From the NCBI GenBank assembly GCA_951406725.2, contig OX597817.1, forward strand, positions 79,050,001 through 79,114,000: a DNA stretch of 64,000 nt, given 5' to 3'. Source of the stretch: Octopus vulgaris. Lineage: Eukaryota. The notes under the pieces were generated by a model that was not told the origin of the DNA, did no database searches, and was given only the letters and a program-made list of their open reading frames with translations. Each line of letters begins with the position of its first letter. Within the stretch, counting starts at the first letter, position 1. The position numbers and the translations under genes are program-made. Positions 13,006-27,293 of the stretch are shown one piece after another.

Positions 13006-13389
13006 ACACAATTATCAAACAACTTAGAGCGAAACTTAAAAAACTCAAAACACACAAAGATACAAATATAAAATTTTTAACAATAACTGATGAAATGAAG
13101 TACATCAGTCAAGAAAAAGAAATGGCACAAGAATAATAAAACAGCATAAAAAGAAACTAAGAAAAATTTCAACAAAAACTCAATAGAAGAGTACAAAAAT
13201 ATGAAAATAAAAAATTCCACAGCAAAAAAAAAAAAACAGATTAAAAACAGCAGAAAGGAGGCCATTTCAACAAACGTTTTAGTAAAAACTTATAACAAAC
13301 ATATAAGAAAGCACCACCAAACACAACAACAACATTAAAAAAAAAATCTATATAATTATATATAATGTGTAACAAAAAGCAGGACAAAA

Positions 13390-13641
<252 letters not shown>

Positions 13642-14216
13642 ATGAAAGGAACAATGCACAATAAAAAATTTTCAACGTAACCTTAACTTAATAAAAAAAA
13701 GAATAACAAAAATTGCAATAATAAAAATGATTGTAAAAATGTATAAAATTACATCAAAAACAAGTGCACAACAAAAAGGCTATGCCAAATGTGGAGAATA
13801 AAAGCCAGCGAGTATTTTTTTTTTTTGCGCATGTGTTTTATACATGGACTTTTATTATATTTTCTTTCTTTTTTTTTTGTTTTTGCATTTTTTTATTATT
13901 ATGTTTCCCCCTTTGCAAAGTGTTAAGTCCCCAAAGTTGAAAAGTGAAAGAAAAATAAAATGAAAAGAGAGAGAGAGAGAGAAAGAGAGAGAAGGAGAGA
14001 AAAGATAGTAGTAAGATATGTTGGGTCTGTCCCAACACAGAATATAGCCGATGGTCTATTTGGCAGCTGGAAAATACTTCTTAATTCTGACGTGTTACAA
14101 TATGTGTAATGTCCTCTTTCCTTCTCGCTCTGTCTATCTCATTCTATCTTTCTCCCTCTCTTTCTCTCTCTCTCTCTTTCTTTCTCATTGTTAGAGTATA
14201 CATATGGATGTGCGTT

Positions 14217-14247
<31 letters not shown>

Positions 14248-14447
14248 GTATTATATGTATCTATATATATATATATGTGTGTGTGGGTGTATGTGTGTAC
14301 AAGTGTGTGTATATGCATGTGTTTGCTTGTATTTATCCTTTGTCTGTGGATGTTTGTGTTTAAATATGTGTGAGACTGAATAAATGAGGGGGTGTGATTG
14401 CCGTTTTACATTATTTTTTCTTTTCAGTGTGATGATGTTACCCTTGA

Positions 14448-14505
<58 letters not shown>

Positions 14506-14626
14506 ACATACATGTAAAGGTAAAATCCAAGAATCAAGGTGTAGGAAGTGAGTAAGCATCAAGCAGTCCATCGAACATGTTAAAAAAACATTTAGGAATG
14601 ATAATGGTTTATTGGCACAGAAGGTT

Positions 14627-15008
14627 ACTCTTTTACTCTTTTACTCTTTTACTTGTTTCAGTCATTTGACTGCGGCCATGCTGGAGCGCCGCCTTTAATT
14701 GAGCAACTCAACTTATTCTTTTGTAAGCCCAGTACTTATTCTATCGGTCTCTTTTGCCGAACCGCTAAGTAACGGGGACATAAACACACCACCATCGGTT
14801 GTCAAGCAATGCTAGGGGACAAACACATACACGCATATATATATACGACGGGCTTCTTTCAGTTTCCGTCTACCAAATCCACTCACAAGGCTTTGGTCAG
14901 CCCGAGGCTATAGTAGAAGACACTTGCCCAAGGTGCCACACAGTGGGACTGAACCTGGAACCATGTGGTTGGTAAACAAGCTACTTACCACACAGCCACT
15001 CCTGCGCC
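14627..15008 (-). mobile_element. SINE family A (young copy)
   Basis: Close to family consensus with (GAGTAAAA)n tail. Confidence 0.9.
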
Positions 15009-15136
15009 TATAAATTTGTAAATTTTTCCCATATTGAGGTTCCATAAACGGAAAAATGTTATTATCTGGTTTATGGCTGGCAGCAGGGGTTGCTATGTAT
15101 GCAATCTGCTCCATTCCCTACTTTATATATATCAAA

Positions 15137-15345
15137 GGTGGAGAGCTGGCAGAAACGTTAGCATGCCGGGCAAAATGCTTAGTGGTGTTTTGTCTGTCAT
15201 TACGTTCTGAGTTCAAATTCCGCCGAGGTGAACTTTGCCTTTCATCCTTTCAGGGTTGATAAATTAAGTACCAGTTGCATACTGGGATTCATGTAATCGA
15301 CTATCCATCACCCTAATTTCAGACCTTCTGCCTATAGTAGAAAAG

Positions 15346-15346
<1 letters not shown>
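15137..15346 (+). mobile_element. SINE family B (Deu/Nin-domain-like)
   Basis: GAGCTGGCAGAAACGTTAG head, GAGTTCAAATTCC B-box and GCCTTTCATCCTTTCAGGGTTGATAAATTAAGTACC resembling the Deu/Nin central domain. Confidence 0.8.
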
Positions 15347-15384
<38 letters not shown>

Positions 15385-17032
15385 ATATGTATATGGTCTT
15401 AGGAGGGACATCTAGCTGTAGAAACTTTCCAGATCAGATTGGAGTCTGGTGCAGCCACTTTGCTTGCCAGTCCTTAGTCAAACTGTCCAGTCCATGCCAC
15501 CATGGCAAGCGGATTTTGAACAATAATGATGATGATATGTACATATATATATATATAAAATTTGTACAAACAGCAGTTCACCAAAAAAAGGGAATTATAA
15601 ATGTCACTAAATGCAATTAGGGTGTTAGGAAACACCTACATGGTTAAAAATAAGAGCTAAACTTACATGAATGTAAACATATACACTAACAGAAATCATA
15701 ATAGTCTGCCAATTGAGAATTCTTAATACTGACACGACAGTTTTGGCAATATATACATACATACATACATAGATATATGTATATATATATATGTAAAAGA
15801 TTTCACTTTTATATTAATAACCACGGAAGACTGGTGGAAATATTATCTGTATGGACTTCAAGGGCTAGTTTGCTATTTAGTTATATAATTTAGGAGTTAG
15901 TTATAGGTTTACTTATAGAATAATTAATTTACCGATACGGTTTGCACATAGGGTAAATGTGGTCTCTTGTAGTTTAATTAATAATGTTACCGTTTAATCC
16001 TTCCTAGAATTAAGATTGAATGAATGTGGTGATATCTAAGGTATGTTTGTTCCCAAACAACACTTATTTTAGTGCTGTTGGCACTGCCGGATTGAATGGT
16101 ACTACCCAGGTGTCAAAACCATTGTGATATCCATGGGGTAGCTGATGATGAAGATGTGTTTGGTTGGCATGGGTGTTATTGTATGTGCAGAATAGTTTGA
16201 TGTATATATCAAATATATATACATCTATTTGATATATATATATATATATTGTGAAGTATTTGCAAATGCTGATAGGGCACAGAAAGCATGTCAATAGCTG
16301 TCCTCCTAGGGCTACAAGCATGTCAATAGGTATACTCCTAGGGCTACAAGCTACAATAGCATCCACCCTTAGGGGTTAGCCACATTTAAGTGGCAAATAT
16401 ACTTCACGGTGTGTTGCAGCTACTGTTTATACCTCACTGAGAGATTTATTATTGCTTATATATATACATACATAGTAACAGAAGGGGAGGAATTTTGATT
16501 ATCTCCATATGGTAAGTTGTAATATATATAAGAAATTAAAGAAGGAAAATGCACACACTTTACATAGTTTTAATATAATTTTTATTATGTCTTGCATTGT
16601 GTTTGTTGACCAGTTTCACTTTTGCTGTTCATGACATTAAAATTTATTTAAATATGTATTTTCTTAATACATATTTAAAAAAGACTGACAGACAGACAAA
16701 CATTCATGCAAGCAATTAAGCCACCCTACATTCTGTGGTATAATAGAAAATTACCACAACTAAATATTGATTACTTGACATTACTACAAGATGACATATT
16801 TTGGATTAGATTATATTCAAATAAGTTTTCCCACTATTTGACTGATACTTTCCTCGAAGAATGGAAAGCAAAATTATCCTTTCCAGGATTTGAACTTAGA
16901 GTGTAGAGGGCTTTAGGGAAATACCTCAAGTCATTTGTCTGATGCTCTAATGATTCTACCAATTCCTTGTCCTGAAACTACCAATTATTAAATGTTTGGC
17001 ATTCATCCTCATTGAATGTGGTCTCAACTTAA

Positions 17033-17230
17033 GGGCTTGATTATGATGGTTTATTTTCTGATGTTTATAAATAAATTCTTTCTTTCTTTCTTTCTTTCTT
17101 TCTTTATTTATTTCATGGATAAAATAAATAAACAGCAGTATTCTCTTTTCTGCCATAGTATCCAGATTTTTCTTAATAAGTGAAGAATTGATTTATAAAC
17201 ATCAGAAAATAATCCATTGGAATTAAGCCC
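17033..17230. mobile_element. MITE with TTAA TSD (Kolobok-like)
   Basis: TTAA|GGGCTT...AAGCCC|TTAA with ~48-bp imperfect TIRs beginning with purines. Confidence 0.7.
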
Positions 17231-18429
17231 TTAATTGATAAGAGATTATTGAAATCTGGAATGTGACGACATTGTAGAAAATTCAGATGGGCACAACCTG
17301 CATGTATATGCATAGTTAGCTAAAACAAACTTTAAGAGCAATGTATTTAATAAAAAAGCAGAAAAGCATAAATTTCACATACAGTTTATATTTTGTGCTC
17401 AACAGCTGTTTCATTAAGACAAAAATCATTAAATTTATATCTAAATAATTGTGATACATCATTTGAATTGTGCCAGCACTTTGTGACCATTTGTTTAGTC
17501 CACATTCATTGAAAATGAATGCCTAACATTGGGATTGATAGAATCATGAGAGCATCAGGCAAATGACTTATGGCATTTCCTTAAAGCCCTTTACACTTTG
17601 AGTTCAAATCTTGGAAAGGATAATCTTGCTTTCTATTTTTCAAGGGGCAACAAAATGATGTATCAGTCAAGTAATGAGGAATTTGCTAAATGAATTTCAG
17701 TGGCACAGACTACATTCAATGTCCTGAGATCTTTGGATTATTTATTCCATGCAACAGACTCGCATCTTATCCAGGAGCAAAAGAGATCACTATCTTTCAT
17801 TTCTCAGTTTGTCTTATCCTACATACAGGAACCAAAATTACTCCACAGCAGCAGCAGAGCTCTTTGTGATTTGTGAGAATATTACACAAAGTGTTTGAAG
17901 TAAGATTTCAGTAACACTCTTGATTCTCAGCTTCTCAAATGGTATTTTTTTCCTTTTCTTTTGATGTTTTTTCTCCTGTTTCTTTTTTTATTTATGTGTA
18001 TTTTGTTGTTTTTTAGTTATTGCTTTTGTTGCTGTTGTTGTTGTTGTTGTTATTGTTGCGATTATGTTGTTGTTACTTTCTTATTTTTCAATGAATTTTT
18101 ATCAAATTTTCACAGGTAGACGCTGCCAAAATCCCTTTACATACAACAAAAATAAAAAAAAAACCCAGAAAAGACATCTGCAAAAGCAAATAAAATAAAT
18201 ATGTAAAAAAAAAAGGATAGTTGATCTCTTTGACATAGAATCAACAACAACAACACCAATGTAAAAAGAAAGAGAAATTGTAATTTTCTGGATTTTCCTT
18301 TTTTTTCATTATCTTTTTTGTTTTTTGCCCTACAGCTTTGTGGTGCTGTTCGCTGCTTGCAATTTTCTGCGCTGTTGCATGGAGTCACTGCTGCAGCTGT
18401 TGACTTCTTCACTCAGTAAACCAATCCCA

Positions 18430-19640
18430 AACATGACCAACACTACCTCTGTCATCGCCACTACCACCACCAGCAACAACAACAACAACCTTCACAACTA
18501 CCAGTACAAGACACCATACAGATTCACGACCAACACCATCACCACCCCCACCGATATTAACTCCATAATCATCAACACCACCAACACCACCACCACCACC
18601 ACCACCACCACCACCAACAACACCAGCACCAACACCATCACCATCAACACCAACAGCACCACCATTACCACTGTTAACACTACAACTGTCACCAACATCA
18701 CCGCCACCACCACCACCACTACCACCACCACCACCACCACCACCACCACCATTACAACCACTATTTCATCAACCTACGCCCCTCCCCACCTATCACAACC
18801 AACACAATCACCACTGTCTCTATCATTATTGTTATCAGATATAGCTACGATTTGCAGTTCTTCATTAGTGCTACCACTAAAACCATTAACATTATTACTA
18901 CTACAGACAATACCACTACAATTCTAGAATGAAACAAAATTCTTATTTATTGTCTCTATCAAGAAACTTACTACCACCACAGCCACTATGATCAAGACAA
19001 CCCTTGGTACCCATTTTCTAAGAGTATCCTACTGTAGCATTACTATTACCACTGCCAACACTACCACCACAACCACCTCAGCCATGACAGCAGCTTCCAC
19101 TGCTATCACCACTACCATCACCATTACAACTACTACCAACACCAACACGAATACAACCACAATAAACTGCCCCTGTCACCATTAGTACCCCTACCATCAC
19201 CACTACTACCACTACTGCAACCACTTCCACTGTCACAGCCACCACCACTACCACTCCATCTCCACCACCACTGCCACCAATACTGCTGCAGCTATCACCA
19301 CTGTCACTACCACCACCCCCACAACTACAACCACCACCACCACCACCACCACAACCATAACCACCACCATTGTCACCACCACAACCACCAGCACCACTGT
19401 AACCACTACCACCACAACCAGTACAACCACCACAACCATAACTACCACCACCACGACCACCAAACCATAGCCACCACAATCACCACCAACAACCACCACA
19501 CCCATAACTACCACCACCACAACCACCACCACCACTGCTACCACCACCACCACTACTACCACAACCATAGCCACAACCACCACCACAACCACTGCCCTTT
19601 TCATCACTGGTACCACCACCACTATCATTGCAACTACCAC
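18430..19640. repeat. Degenerate (ACC/ACA/ACT)n trinucleotide field
   Basis: Direct reading. Generates Thr-rich, Val-rich and Gly-rich ORFs in several frames. Confidence 0.9.
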
Positions 19641-19889
19641 TAGTGGTGGCTTGACCTGCTAGAAATAACAGCTGATTCTCCTTTGAATGATATTACACTA
19701 TCCTAAATAAAGATGAATGCTTCATACAAATTATTCCTTACTATACATACAGAAAAGATAGGATGGTCACAGTTGGTATTCCTTTGATCACAGATCTGCT
19801 CAGTGTGGACTGACCTAGGCTATACAGCAACAACAATAACAATAACCACAACTATTATCATGTTACAAAATTTTTAGTTGCTATTACCA

Positions 19890-20410
19890 GGGCCACTACC
19901 AACAACAACAACAGCAACATCACCATCTGCTCCCAACATGACCACCACCATTTACTGCAACACTAACACCTCCATTATCAACATCACCACCACTGCCACC
20001 ATCACCACTACTGCCAACAATACCAATACCACCACCAACATCACCATTGCTGCCAACACCACTTTCACTACCAGCATCACCACCACTGCCAACATCACCA
20101 CCACCATCACCAATATCACCAACACCATCCCTACCACCATCATCACTACCATCACCACCACTACAAACATCGTCACAACTGACAACATAGCCACCACCAC
20201 CATCACTGCCATCACCATCACCGCCAACATCATTATAAGTCACTACAAGTCACCACCACCATCATCATTATCAGGCAGCATAAACATCATCAACAGCAAC
20301 AACATTAACAACAACATGAACAACAACAATAAGAGAAACAACACCAACACCCACCAGCGATACCGCCAACAACAGGAAAAATTTCAATACCATCACCACC
20401 ATCACAACCG
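19890..20410. repeat. Degenerate (ACC/ATC/AAC)n field
   Basis: Direct reading. Confidence 0.9.
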
Positions 20411-20678
20411 GTGCAAATACCTGAAGAATAATCTCAACACTACGAAAGGAAAACAAACAACCGTAATATAAAAAATTATGAAGACAACACAACAATAACA
20501 TCTGAAACAATAACTACAGCAGCAAAAGAAACTACAACTGCAACAACAACAACTGCTTGAGCGGCAACTGGGACATTATTAACGACAAGAAAATAACGGA
20601 AAAATATCGGAAAATAAGTAAACAGAAATAAAAAAAAAAAATAACAGTGGTAGAATAACTTGGTTTAAAAAGGAGCAG

Positions 20679-20746
<68 letters not shown>

Positions 20747-20789
20747 GTATATGTATATCTATATCTATATATCTATATATATATATACA

Positions 20790-20826
<37 letters not shown>

Positions 20827-21529
20827 GTACATATATATATACAGTAAGAAAACTTGCACAAATATCAAACAAAATAGCAATAAAAAGCAATATGAAAAAT
20901 TATAAAAAAAAAAATCAAGCAAAATAAGTAACAAAAAAATGGTAGCAACTGCAGGTAAAAACAACAATAAAAATAATATAAATATAAAAATATAAACATG
21001 GGAAATTGAGAGAAAAAAGAGAAAAACTGACACAGCAATAACAACAGCAATTGTTACTGCAACTATGGACAGCAAGAATCCTCAGCGATCAACACCTAAG
21101 TAACAATATTTATTGACTTTAGAAGAATCGAAGACTTGAAAAGTGTCAAAAAAAAGAGCATTGTCTGCTCTGTTGAAATAGCCTGCAGTTGGTTACTCTG
21201 ATGTAATGGCAGTTTGTTTTGTTGGGCTTTTTTGTTTTTCTTATATGTTTTTTTATAAGGGAATTTATTCTTGCAAGTTACTGGAATTTTCTTACTGTAC
21301 TTTATGTCTTTCTAGTTCTACCTGGTCAATCCTACCTGTTTTTTTTTCCTTAAAATGTGAGAATTCATGTAGCTCCTCTTTAACGAGAAACCTGTTTTGC
21401 TCTGGCGCATAGTGCATTGCTACCCACGTCAGTGTTCATAACACTGTATAACATGATTTTTGTCCTCGGGTAGCATCTGTTATTTCCTGTTTGCTTACCT
21501 CTAGAAAGCGTGAAAAATGGCTGATATTT

Positions 21530-21777
21530 TATTTTCATTATTTACATTGGATGGATATGTGACCTCATCTTGTTTATTGTTACTACAACATTTCAGCTGA
21601 TTTACTCTCTAGCCTTCATCAGGTGTCCTGGTAGAATTTTGAACTTGACCCCGATGAAGGCTGGAGAGTAAATCAGCCAAAACAGTGTGGTAACAACAAA
21701 CAAGGTGAGAACACATATCCATCCAATGTAAATAACGCAAATAATGTGCAGAATTCCTCATTTCTAAAATATAGAAC
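21530..21777. mobile_element. Short palindromic PLE pLTR-type insertion with hammerhead motifs
   Basis: Inverted arms ~21538-21624 / 21649-21735, 14-bp TSD AATGGCTGATATTT (21516-21529 and 21778-21791), CTGATGA..GAAA core on the minus strand. Confidence 0.7.
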
Positions 21778-23094
21778 AATGGCTGATATTTCCTTCAAAC
21801 TTTGCTTTTGTTACATTTATTCAAACTCCAAAGAATCCCTCTCAACACATGGCTATGATGCTCTCCCACTACTTCTGCTCACAATCAGAGATGCGCATAT
21901 TGTCAGCCATTAAGGCACATACTCAAGTGGTTAAGGTCAAGCAAATGACAAGCAAATCTGTGGTATTGAGCAGAATATTTGCTATAATGGTATTTCTGCT
22001 TTAGCAACTTGGTGTTGAATCTATTTGAAATATAATGGAAGATAGGTCAGTTTCAAAACATTGATGTCCAGGTGATAAAAGCAAAGTTTGAAGGGAACAG
22101 TAGTCATTTCCTTTGATTTCCAGATAGAAGCAAATAGGAAATAACACTTACTGACCAAAGACAAAAAAAAAGTTAAAATATTGTTACACAGTGTAATCTT
22201 ACAAGCTGCATGGTATCATCTAAAATGCTGGTAACATGAGAAAATCACCAGTTACCCTCTGTAAAGTGGTTAGCATTAGGAATTGCATCTAGTAATAAAA
22301 ATCATGCAAAGCAGACCCTAGATCACAATGCACTCCTTGGACCCATTGAATCCATTCAAACTATCAAAACCAGGCCAGCATGGAATGTGGATGTTAAATG
22401 ATGATGATAATCATGTTTTGATGCAGTAATACCATAAAACGGCATACGGTTAGATGTCTGAGTTTCTGTGAGAGAAGTCATCCATGGAATAGTCCAAGAA
22501 CTCCAGACTATTAATGGACATTACTTTTGTGTTTTGTTTTGAGGGTGCAAATGGCTGAATCAAGAAGATAAGGAAGAACCAACCAAGAAACCTATCTTGA
22601 GACTATTCTTAGTCCAATAATGCAACCAACTGATGAGTTAACCACTCATACCTTATCACAGATTTTACATCATGTCTATGGCCAATATATTTTACTTTCA
22701 GATGTCACTAAGTCTACATGACTATGTTCTCTTTGATGTGGCATTGTAGTAGAAGGCACTTGATCACAGTTATTAGGCAGGTGCTTTTATGTAGTTACAA
22801 AGTAAACTTATAACCTCATGATCATCTCTGCACCTATACATATATGTACTTCGAAGAGTATCAATCCTAGTTCAAGAGAAATATGAGTCAGTTACTAAAG
22901 ATCAGAAAATATTAAAAAAGTGTTTGATCAAAAGAGAATGAAAGTAGAGTATTGCTGCAAATTCCATCAACATTTTAATACCTAGTATTCCATCTTTGCA
23001 TGGGGTGGATGGAATTTACTGAGACAGAATTTTCTATAACTGGATGCTCTTTCTGTCACCAATACTCACTTGCTTTCAAAGATGCACACACATG

Positions 23095-23297
23095 CACATG
23101 CATGCATACACACACCCATATACACACGTGAACACACACACACATGCATACATATACACACAACAAACTTCTTTCAGTTTCCAGATTTTGGTCGGCTCTT
23201 AACTGTAGTACTAGACATTTGCCTAAAGTGCTACACAGCAGGACTGAATCCCAAACCATATGGTTGGGAAGCAACTCTCTTAATTACACAGCCATGC
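23095..23297 (-). mobile_element. SINE family A, 5' half
   Basis: Head and linker homologous to other copies. Confidence 0.7.
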
Positions 23298-23839
23298 TAT
23301 ACACCAGTACATCAAATGTATGATATAAAAATAGAACTCCATACTATTATTAGAGAAAGTTTCCAATATAGATAGAGAAACATAAGAAAAACTAATGAAA
23401 GTCAGAAAAGCAAACAAAATGCTATCTAATAACCCAGTAAATAAGCCTGTAACTGATGTGCCTTGTAGCAGTGGGCTATGGCTAAAGTTAAAGCAATGAT
23501 GATTAGGGGAAATTAACATTTTATAAAAAATAAACTACCATTAAAAAAATAACTATGTTAAGTGTGATTACGCTTGAAATAATACGAAGTATTTTTACAT
23601 GTCCCAAATTACTATCTGGAGCAGGAGACAGAAAATTTCTAATATCATTGACCCTGCTTCATGGAATCGGAGATAACTTATCAACATCTATCAGTAAAGA
23701 TTTTCTTTTCTTTTTGGCTTTTTTTTTGTGCATGCTGTTCCCACTTTTTAGTGAGAAATTGTTAAAGATATTTCATGAAAATACTTAAGAAAATCAATAA
23801 AGACCAATTAAAATTCAATGATATTATATTGATATAGAT

Positions 23840-24300
23840 TGGAGGTTCTCAACCTGTGTTCATATGGCCCTTGGAGATCCATATAAGATTTTTGCAGTTA
23901 AAATTTATCTGCAATAAATTGGTTAAAATTCTGCATCACACAGAATATGAAATTTTTTTTTTTAATACAATTCCTAATAATATTTGATTATAAAAATATT
24001 CTTTTTTTTTACTTGTTTCAGTCATTTGACTGCAGCCATACTGGAGCACTGCCTTTAGTCAAACAAATCGACCCCAGGATTTATTCTTTGTAATCCTAGT
24101 ACTTATTCTATCAGTCTCTTTTGGTGAACTGCCAAGTTATGGGGATGTAAACATGCCAATATCAGTTGTCAAGCAATGGTGCAAGGGGAGACAAACACAG
24201 GCACATACACACACATATATATGTGTATACATATATACATACATATACATATACATACATACATATATATATATATATGAATATATATATATATATATTC

Positions 24301-24336
<36 letters not shown>

Positions 24337-24582
24337 GACAGGCTTCTTTCAATTTCCATCTACCAAATCCACTCACAAGGCTTTGGTTGGCCCGAGGCTA
24401 TAGTAGAAGACACTTGCCCAAGGTACCACAGTGTGACTGAACCCGGAACCATACGGTTGGGAAGCAAGCTTCTTACCACACAGCCATGTTCCACCTCTAT
24501 AACAGTGAATGGCAAAGAGAGGACAACCAAATAAATAAGAATCAAAGTTTTCCGTAGGTCAAAAAATAGCTGTCAAACACTG
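23840..24582. mobile_element. hAT (Charlie-type) MITE containing a SINE A insertion
   Basis: 8-bp TSD ATATAGAT (23832-23839 and 24583-24590), ends TGGAGGTTCTCAACC / GCTGTCAAACACTG resembling degenerate CAGTGGTTCTCAAC TIRs. Confidence 0.6.
24002..24488 (-). mobile_element. SINE family A
   Basis: Full-length homolog. Confidence 0.88.
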
Positions 24583-24642
24583 ATATAGATGAAATATCTC
24601 ATGAGCAATATGTGTTTAATGAATGCTAGTTATTGCACCAAT

Positions 24643-24930
24643 ATTCTTTTATTCTTTTATTTGTTTCAGTCATTTGACTGCAGCCATGCTGGAGCATTGC
24701 CTTGAAGTGTTTTTTTAGTTAGTGAAATCGATCCCAGGACTTATCCTTTGTAAGCCTAGTACTTATTCTGCTGGTCCCTTTTGCCAAACCACTAAGTTAC
24801 AGGGATGTAAACAAGCCAACATCGGTTGTCAAGCAATGGTGGGAGACAAACATAGTCACAAAGACACACACACACAAACACACATACGAACACACACAAA
24901 CACATAAACACACACACAGACACACACAGA

Positions 24931-24972
<42 letters not shown>

Positions 24973-25128
24973 GGATTTGTTTCAGTTTCTTATCAATGAA
25001 ATCCACTCATGTGGCTTTGGTTGGCCCAAACACATAATAGAAGACACTTACCCAAGGTTCCGTGCAGTGAGACTGAACCCAGAACCATGTGGTTGGGAAA
25101 CAAATTTCTTACCACACAGCCACACTTG
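24643..25128 (-). mobile_element. SINE family A
   Basis: Full-length homolog with (CA)n linker. Confidence 0.85.
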
Positions 25129-25715
25129 TACCATACTTGCTAATAATTCTGCTCTCTTAATGCTCAGAATCATTTCAGGTGTTTAGCAAGCTTTTGGATA
25201 GTGAAATAGACCCCGCTCCAGGGGTCAATATTAACAACTTGGCTGATCCCTGATCTAAAGGCAACAACTCCTACAAGCTTGGCATGGTTTGAAATCTTCC
25301 CCCTTTTGGGTAGAGAGAAATTATTATATTTCTTTTCTAAATAAGCTTATCTATTAAAGCATCATACAGATCATAGAGTTAATATGACAATAAAACTCCT
25401 TCAAGCTGAAATTTGAATTATATGACACATCACAGTGAACCATTGTAATTATACTTAAATTAATGCAACATATATCTGCATATGCGTAGTCAAAGATTAA
25501 CTTCAAACAGATACAAATGCATTAAATCAACACATAATATTTGATTTAATATAACTACATAGATTGAATGATTTAAGGTTTTATAACTCAGCCATCTCTA
25601 CTTAACATATGGTTGGTTAGTGATGTCTGCTAAACTACAAAAGCTAAGAGAGTAAGTTCTGCTTATAAGCAATAATGGTTTATGTCAGATTATGGATGCA
25701 GACTAGTTGAAACAC

Positions 25716-26803
25716 TTAACCCCTTTTGATACTAACCTTCCTTCACACTGCTCTTAATCCAATAATATTAACTTCCTGTCTTAAAGTAATCTGAATAAAA
25801 ATCCTCCATCAAAATTTCATGCTAATTTATGTCCAAAACATCAACTTAAAGACAAGTTATTTTAGTAACAAGCGAAAATGCTAGTTCTAAAATCTCTCTA
25901 AGAGATTATCACTTTAACATGGCTGTCTATTTGAGCAGACTCTACTCTTTTACTTGTTTCAGTCATTTGACTGTTGCCATGCTGGAGCACCGCCTTTAGT
26001 TGAGCAAATCGACCCCAGGACTTATTCTTTGTAAGCCCAGTACTTATTCTATCGGTCTCTTTTGCCGAACCGCTAGGTGACGGGGACATAAACACACCAG
26101 CATCGGTTGTCAAGCAATGCTAGGGGGACAAACAGACACACAAACACACACACACATACATATATATATACATATATACGACAAGCTTCTTTCAGTTTCC
26201 GTCTACCAAATCCACTCTCAAGGCATTGGTCGGCCCGGGGCTATAGCAGAAGACATTTGCCCAAGATGCCATGCAATGGGACTGAACCCGGAACCATGTG
26301 GTTGGTTAGCAAGCTACTTACCACACAGCCACTCCTGTGCCTGCAATTTTTTAACCACAAAAGAACATCTCTAATTGATTAACAATACATAGCTGCATCC
26401 GATAGAATTGCAAGCAGGGGAACTAGCATTTTTGCTTCTTGCAAAATTGGTGACTGTATTTGCTTGAAATATATATATTGCATGCAGAAGTGAGCTGCTA
26501 TCATCTCTAGCAGACGAGGTGTCCAGGACTGAGAAGTAGCAGAATTAGCCCGAAACCAGGACTGGTCTACTGGTCCCGTCGCTAGGAGATGGTAGGGGTT
26601 TGTTCCCTTGCTCGCAATTTTATTGGATGCAGTTGTGCATCGTTAACCAACTAGAGGAGATGTCCTCTTGGAGTTAAAAAATCGCACTAGAGTCTGCTCA
26701 AATGGACCGTCATGTTAAAGTGGCAACAAGTTTTACTTATTTTAGTAAATTCTTTATTATTTTTAAAATTAAGCAAAACAGAAATATGGTAACAACAGGT
26801 TAA
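25716..26803. mobile_element. piggyBac-like MITE interrupted by nested insertions
   Basis: TTAACCCC..TGATAC left end and GGTAACAACAGGTTAA right end. The internal 12-bp direct repeat TTATTTTAGTAA (25857-25868 and 26737-26748) brackets the inserted block. Confidence 0.5.
25941..26342 (-). mobile_element. SINE family A (young copy)
   Basis: Full-length, near consensus. Confidence 0.9.
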
Positions 26804-26904
26804 ATAAATCATACTGTAGTTTTAAAACATTTTCAAGTTCAAGAGCTTAAATAATTTTAAGAAGGACACTTTTATTCCCTGTACTATATATATGTCGATG
26901 GAGA

Positions 26905-27212
26905 AGGGACATAGCTTAATGGTTAGAGTGTTCGGCTCACAATAGTAAGGTTATGAGTTTGATTTCCAGTGGTGCTATGTGTCCTTGAGCAAAACACTTT
27001 ATTCTGTATTGCTCCAGCTTACTCAGCTGCCAAAAATGAGTAGTATCTGTATTTGAAAGGGCCAGCCTTGTCACATTCTGTGCCACAGTGAATCTGCCTG
27101 GTACATGTATCTGTGGAGTGCTCAGCCATTGGTGTGTTAATTTCATGAGCAGGCTGTTCCATTGTCCAGATCAATTAGAACCCACATCACTGTAAGCAAT
27201 GGAGTGCCAGTT
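26905..27212 (+). mobile_element. tRNA-derived CORE-like SINE (family D)
   Basis: TAGCTTAATGGTTAG A-box, GAGTTTGATTTCC B-box-like, GTGTCCTTGAGCAAAACACTTTA CORE-like segment. Related copy at ~38697-38900. Confidence 0.65.
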
Positions 27213-27293
27213 AAGTATATATGCTGAACTATTAGATGTCATTGCAACCTAGAACTAGTTGTTGTGTGATTTTAGGATAATTCTAGGAGTTCT

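Noticed and set aside
16284-16351. 32-bp tandem duplication
   Set aside because: Ordinary local slippage duplication with no further structure evident.
18325-20471. Thr-rich 'mucin-like' ORFs (200 aa, 197 aa) and Gly/Val-rich antisense ORFs
   Set aside because: Products of degenerate (ACC)n repeats, open in several frames on both strands and broken by stops and frameshifts, with no non-repetitive domain.
21100-21420. Minus-strand frame whose TAA stops read well as Gln (alternative genetic code or editing idea)
   Set aside because: An A-rich strand naturally gives K/E/Q/N codons and frequent TAA. The start of the frame appears to lie in a repeat, there is no homology evidence, and nearby TE ORFs use the standard code.
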